Origin: Eledone cirrhosa
Lineage: Eukaryota
DNA length: 64,000 nt
Reading direction: 5' to 3'
Assembly (NCBI GenBank): GCA_964016885.1
Contig: OZ024753.1
Coordinates: 27,404,001-27,468,000, forward strand
Position 1 is the stretch's first letter, and each line of letters begins with the position of its first letter. The translations under genes and the position numbers were made by a program. The notes below the pieces were generated by a model that saw only the letters and a list, made by a program, of their open reading frames with translations, did not search any database and had not been told where the DNA came from. Positions 57,740 through 64,000 of this stretch are shown piece by piece.

Positions 57740-58192
57740 TATATTTAGTTTGATTTATAATTATTTGGGAAACTAGCCGATAAATCTTTCGATTTCTTCT
57801 TTTTATTCTTCTTTTTTATTTTTATTTTAAACATTTTTCATGAAAAATTAAACTACCCTAAAAGTTGATGCTCCAAATATTTCGAATAAACGTTACACTA
57901 GATAAACTTCTATATTAAATATAAGAACACATGTAGACCAAATGGGCATCCTAAACTTTTTGAAATGATTTTTGCTAGATGCGATTTGATAAATAATTTT
58001 TAGCTTTATCTGTTTTCGACTCTGATGCTTATAATGAACTTGGCAATATATTGTCAATTAATTTTGAAGGGTTGATCTTTGTGTTTTATTTTTATTATTG
58101 TAGTATTTTCTAATATTTTTATTTTTAATATGTAATATTTTTAATATGTAATATTTTTTCGTAATATATTTTTTAGTTTTCTATTTTATTAT

Positions 58193-58228
<36 letters not shown>

Positions 58229-59066
58229 GTTTTTTGGTTTTTGTTTCTGATATATTTTTTATTGATATATTGAAATCTGCTCTCTATTTCTGCTTGATAG
58301 ATAATCTTGTAGAGTAAAGACAAGAATAGTAGTAATATAGACTCTATATATATATGTGTATACACATATGTGTATACTTAAATTTGTATAGCACAATGAG
58401 AATGTTTTCCGAGTGAACTTAGGGTTTGCAGAGTTGATAATGTAAATTCACATCGATGTTTGTAGTTATCATATAAACATATGAATTTTTTAAAACTAAA
58501 CATAAGATCATTACTTTTCACACATTATGGATACGTGTCTCATTCAGGAATACTGATATTTTCAATATAGTGCCTGGTTTTAATACATATTAATACTTCT
58601 ACATTAAAACATAGAGTTTTTATGCCTCGCCTATGTCTGGTTACTTTTCATTTTTCTCTCTATATAACAGCTGGTTTCTCTCCTAACCACATATATCTCC
58701 CTTACATTAATACTAGAGCTAAATAAATAAATAAATAAATAAATGTATCATTGATACGTTTACTCAACGGATGTCCAACTACATATTTTTCTATATATAT
58801 ATCTATCTCTATCTATTTCCTCTCTCTATATATATATCTCTCTGTTTCTTTACATGAAGTTCTTCTCTTTATCTATCTTTCCATCACTCTATTTTGTTCC
58901 ATGCATTTCTTCTTTTTCTTCTTTTTCTTCGTTTTCTCTCTTTCCTTCCTTTTTTTTCTCTCTTTCTTTCTGTTTACAATTTTTTCACTACCAATTCAAC
59001 TTTTCAAATACAAGTCGATGTTGTACGGTATGTCAAATCTATTTATCTATAAAACTGTTTATATTG

Positions 59067-59132
59067 TATTTTGTCTGAGGAAGGCATAGCATATTGTTAA
59101 TATGATATCCCTGAAATATATATAATGAAATA
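59067..59132 (+). ncRNA. Type I HHR (inverted copy at 55080-55145)
   Basis: TATTTTGT-CTGAGGA-AGG..CATATT gtt AATATG..CCT-GAAA-TATATA-TA-ATGAAATA. Confidence 0.75.
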
Positions 59133-59280
59133 GATATGGTTTTATAAATATAGTTTCCATTTATTTAATATCGTAAATATACTCCAAATACTAGTCGAGT
59201 GCTTTTATATCAGTTATTAATATTTAATAGTTGTAACCCAACAATTTAAATATAACTTTCCATATATATATAATATATAT

Positions 59281-59312
<32 letters not shown>

Positions 59313-59503
59313 ATATATATATATATAATATATATATATATATATAATATATATATACAATATATATATATAATATATATATATATAATATATATATATA
59401 TAATATATATATATATAATATATATATATACATAATATGTATATATAATATAATATATATATATATATAATATATATATATATAATGTAGATATATATAA
59501 TAT

Positions 59504-59535
<32 letters not shown>

Positions 59536-59650
59536 ATATATATATATATATAATATATATATATATAATATATATATATATATAATATATATATATATAT
59601 AATATATATATATATAATATATATATAATATATATATATATAATATATAT

Positions 59651-59684
<34 letters not shown>

Positions 59685-59727
59685 ATTAATATATATAATA
59701 TATATATAATATATATATATATTATAT

Positions 59728-59761
<34 letters not shown>

Positions 59762-59857
59762 ATATATATATATATAATATATGTATATATAAAATATATA
59801 TATATAATATATATATATATATAATATATGTATATATAATATATATATATATAATAT

Positions 59858-59889
<32 letters not shown>

Positions 59890-60272
59890 ATATATATATA
59901 TAATATATATATATATATAATATATATATATAATATATATATATATAATATATATATATATAATATATGTATATATAATATATATATATATAATATATAT
60001 ATATATAATATATATATATATAATATGTATATATATATATATAATATATATATATATAATATATATATATATAATATATGTATATATAATATATATATAT
60101 ATAATATATATATAATATATATATATATAATATATATATTTATATATATATATAATATGTGTATATATAATATATATATATATATAATATATATATTATA
60201 TATAATATATATATATTATATATAATATATATGTTATATATATATATATAATACATATATATTAAATATAAT

Positions 60273-61197
60273 ATAAGTTGGAAACAAAAAAATGAAAACG
60301 AAATTTCATTTCTCACTCTTAGTATGGCACTTACTTAAATGTAAGTATGTATGTATACGTACATACATATATGTATACAGACGTACAGTAGCATGCACAT
60401 ATATACATATACATACATATATATATATACATATATATACATATATATACATACATGCACACAGGTACACATACATATATGCACGCATCAGTTTAGCCGA
60501 CGTTTATTATAACGCAGCTTTGTTCGTTTGTTTGTCAACAAACAGAACAGCCTGAATTTATGCCATACGGTGTTAAGGCAACCACGTCACCTTTTTGTTC
60601 AACACTGACACAGGAACGATGTACTAGTTTCAAGCTTGTTAGCTATCATCAGCACCGTTTACCCATCTGCCAGATAGTTGAACGTTCGAAAGTATATACT
60701 TTCCTTATGAAAATTAACGGCTGAGCAGCCTAATTTGCATATTGAGTGAGTTAAATCGGTCAGGCATACCGAAAACGATAAGTTGGAAACAAAAAAATGA
60801 AAACGAAATTTCATTTCTCACTCTTAGTATGGCACTTACTTAAATGTAAGTATGTATGTATACGTACATACATATATGTATACAGACGTACAGTAGCATG
60901 CACATAACATATATACATATACATACATATATATATATACATATATATACATTATATATACATACATGCACACAGGTACATCATACATATATGCACGCAT
61001 CAGTTTAGCCGACGTTTATTATAACGCAGCTTTGTTCGTTTGTTTGTCAACAAACAGAACAGCCTGTGGTGCATGTATGTATATATATGTATATATATGT
61101 ATATATATATATGTAGTTGTATATGTAGATATGTGCATGCTACTGTACGTCTGTATACATATATGTATGTACGTATACATACATACTTACATTTAAA
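60273..61197 (-). mobile_element. ORF-less HHR tandem repeat, 505-bp unit x1.6 plus an inverted piece; HHR at 60616-60658
   Basis: ATAAGTTGGAAAC at 60273 and 60778. Same family as 7451. Confidence 0.85.
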
Positions 61198-61247
61198 TAT
61201 AATATATATATATATATAATATATATATATATAATAGTGTATATATG

Positions 61248-61289
<42 letters not shown>

Positions 61290-61385
61290 GTATATATATA
61301 TAATATATATATATATAATATATATATATATATAATATATATATATAATATATATATATATAATATATATATATATATATAATAT

Positions 61386-61444
<59 letters not shown>

Positions 61445-61462
61445 ATATATATATATACATAT

Positions 61463-61566
<104 letters not shown>

Positions 61567-61593
61567 ATATATATTTATATATATAATATATAT

Positions 61594-61625
<32 letters not shown>

Positions 61626-61848
61626 ATTAATATATATAATATATATATAATAGATATATAATATATATATATATAATATATATATATATATATTAATATA
61701 TAATATATGATATATATATATATAATATATATATATATATAATATATGTATATATAATATATATATATATAATATATATATATATATATAATATATGTAT
61801 ATATAATATATATATATATATAATATATATATTATATAATATATATAT

Positions 61849-61892
<44 letters not shown>

Positions 61893-62091
61893 ATATATAT
61901 ATATTATATATATAATATATATATATATAATATATGTATATATAATATATATATATATAATATATATATATATATAATATATGTATATATAATATATATA
62001 TATATAATTATATATATATAATATATATATATAATATATATATATATAATATATATATATAATATATATATATATAATATATATATAATAT

Positions 62092-62125
<34 letters not shown>

Positions 62126-62373
62126 ATATATGTATATATAATATATATATATATAAATATATATATTATATATAATATATATATATTATATATAATATAT
62201 ATATATTATATATATATAATACATATATATTATATATAATATTATATATAATATATATATATAAAATATATATATAATATATATATATAATATATATATA
62301 ATATATATATATAATATATATATATATATATAATATATATATATAATATATATATATAATATATATATAATAT

Positions 62374-62405
<32 letters not shown>

Positions 62406-62407
62406 AT

Positions 62408-62460
<53 letters not shown>

Positions 62461-62499
62461 ATATATATATATATAATATATATATATATATATTAATAT

Positions 62500-62531
<32 letters not shown>

Positions 62532-62641
62532 ATATATATATATAATATATATATATATAATATATATATATATAATATATATAAAAATAATATATATATA
62601 TATATAATATATATATATAATATATATATTATATATAATAT

Positions 62642-62725
<84 letters not shown>

Positions 62726-62744
62726 ATATATATATATATAATAT

Positions 62745-62776
<32 letters not shown>

Positions 62777-62778
<2 letters not shown>

Positions 62779-62835
62779 AAATAAGTAGTTTAGAAAGCCA
62801 CAACATTGTTGTGGCTTTCTAAACTACGTATTTTA
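62777..62835. repeat. Near-perfect palindrome adjoining (TA)n
   Basis: gtagtttagaaagccacaaca-t-tgttgtggctttctaaactac. Confidence 0.9.
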
Positions 62836-62903
62836 CACATTTCACAATGCTTCAAGCAAACTTTAACACCCTCTTATATATATATATATATTATATATAT
62901 AAT

Positions 62904-62949
<46 letters not shown>

Positions 62950-62961
62950 TATATAATATAT

Positions 62962-62993
<32 letters not shown>

Positions 62994-62999
62994 ATATAT

Positions 63000-63082
<83 letters not shown>

Positions 63083-63225
63083 TATGAAAAGTGTAATTTT
63101 CTACACAAAGCGAAGGTTATAGAGAAAATTGAGGTTGGTAATGGCACATGGAATATATAAGAGACAGAATACTTTTTTGTGAAAAAACATAATTTTATAA
63201 GGTAAGGAAATAATAAAGGGTATAA

Positions 63226-63273
63226 AAAATGACCGGTTTCGATGGGTCTGCAAAAGCCATCTTTTCAAATGTT
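63226..63273 (-). ncRNA. Minimal HHR with U3-A8 core
   Basis: AACAT-TTGAAAA-GATGG..CCATC-GAAA-CCGG-TC-ATTTT. Confidence 0.65.
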
Positions 63274-63735
63274 GATTAATATTAAGAAAAATTAATAATA
63301 CGAAGAGTTAAAATTTGAGACTTGAAAATTCAAGTATAAAATTCATTGTGGGATTTCATAGCAGTTTTCATCTTGGTAGCAACAACAGGTTGACTGCTGT
63401 GTCCCTTTCTGGTAGTGAATGAGAAGTTATTTGGGGTGTGGGTTATTTTATAAAGGTCAGATTTAGCAATCACCAACTGGCCAGCTGCTGGTCAGTGAGG
63501 GGGTGGAAGCAATATACATACACATATCTTCCTGTGATGGGTAGGAGAGTGGAGCGTGATAGAAAGGGATTTAGTGCACTTACACCTATATATACGCACA
63601 TACCTTCATCCACACATACATACATATACATATACATATATATATATATATATATATACATATACACACATACATACACACACACATACATATACATACA
63701 CACATACACACACACACATATATATATATACACAT

Positions 63736-63787
<52 letters not shown>

Positions 63788-64000
63788 CCCCCCACACATA
63801 CATACACACACACACACATATATATATACATACACACATACAAACATACACACACACACACATATATATATACACACACATACACACACATATATATACA
63901 CACACACACACGCATATATATATATATATACACATACGCATACATCCAGATACCCACATACATACACACACACACACACACGCACACACAATACATACAT

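Larger units (their letters stand above)
54949..59263 (+). mobile_element. Near-full-length Naiad-like family H flanked by about 630-bp inverted repeats
   Basis: 54949-55592 is the reverse complement of 58645-59263. Confidence 0.9.

Noticed and set aside
54949-59263. DNA transposon with terminal inverted repeats
   Set aside because: The enclosed ORF is RT plus GIY-YIG and the repeats contain an HHR, so they are inverted pLTRs.

Overview
This is eukaryotic, gene-free, repeat-saturated DNA. The SINE and microsatellite style suggest an invertebrate, possibly a cephalopod such as Octopus (inference). It is a scaffold of long, imperfect (TA)n arrays filled with Penelope-like retroelements (PLEs). 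At least nine distinct RT+GIY-YIG families carry Naiad-like signatures (SLKNIP, DKT, GxYRDD, CNC-CPL-C, CxLC, C-terminal CxH). One of them has an intact 773-aa ORF in the classic tandem pLTR arrangement. A Neptune-like family (YLDD, CxxxxCxxC linker) is also present, with RTE-clade LINE fragments, a tRNA-derived SINE and a 200-N gap. Reading the non-coding parts by eye reveals about 14 distinct type I hammerhead-ribozyme (HHR) motifs. Many have variant cores (U3-A8, U4C, U4A, GCAA, mismatched 10.1-11.1) or long stem II/III insertions. Several HHRs lie in ORF-less tandem repeats (616, 573, about 505-518, 396 and about 1430 bp units) that sit in (TA)n; where several copies can be compared, they share fixed 3' ends. 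This suggests a (TA)n-targeted ecosystem of autonomous PLEs and non-autonomous retrozyme-like ribozyme repeats. Most ORF-track entries are (TA)n or (CA)n artefacts. All RNA structures were paired by hand, not computed.
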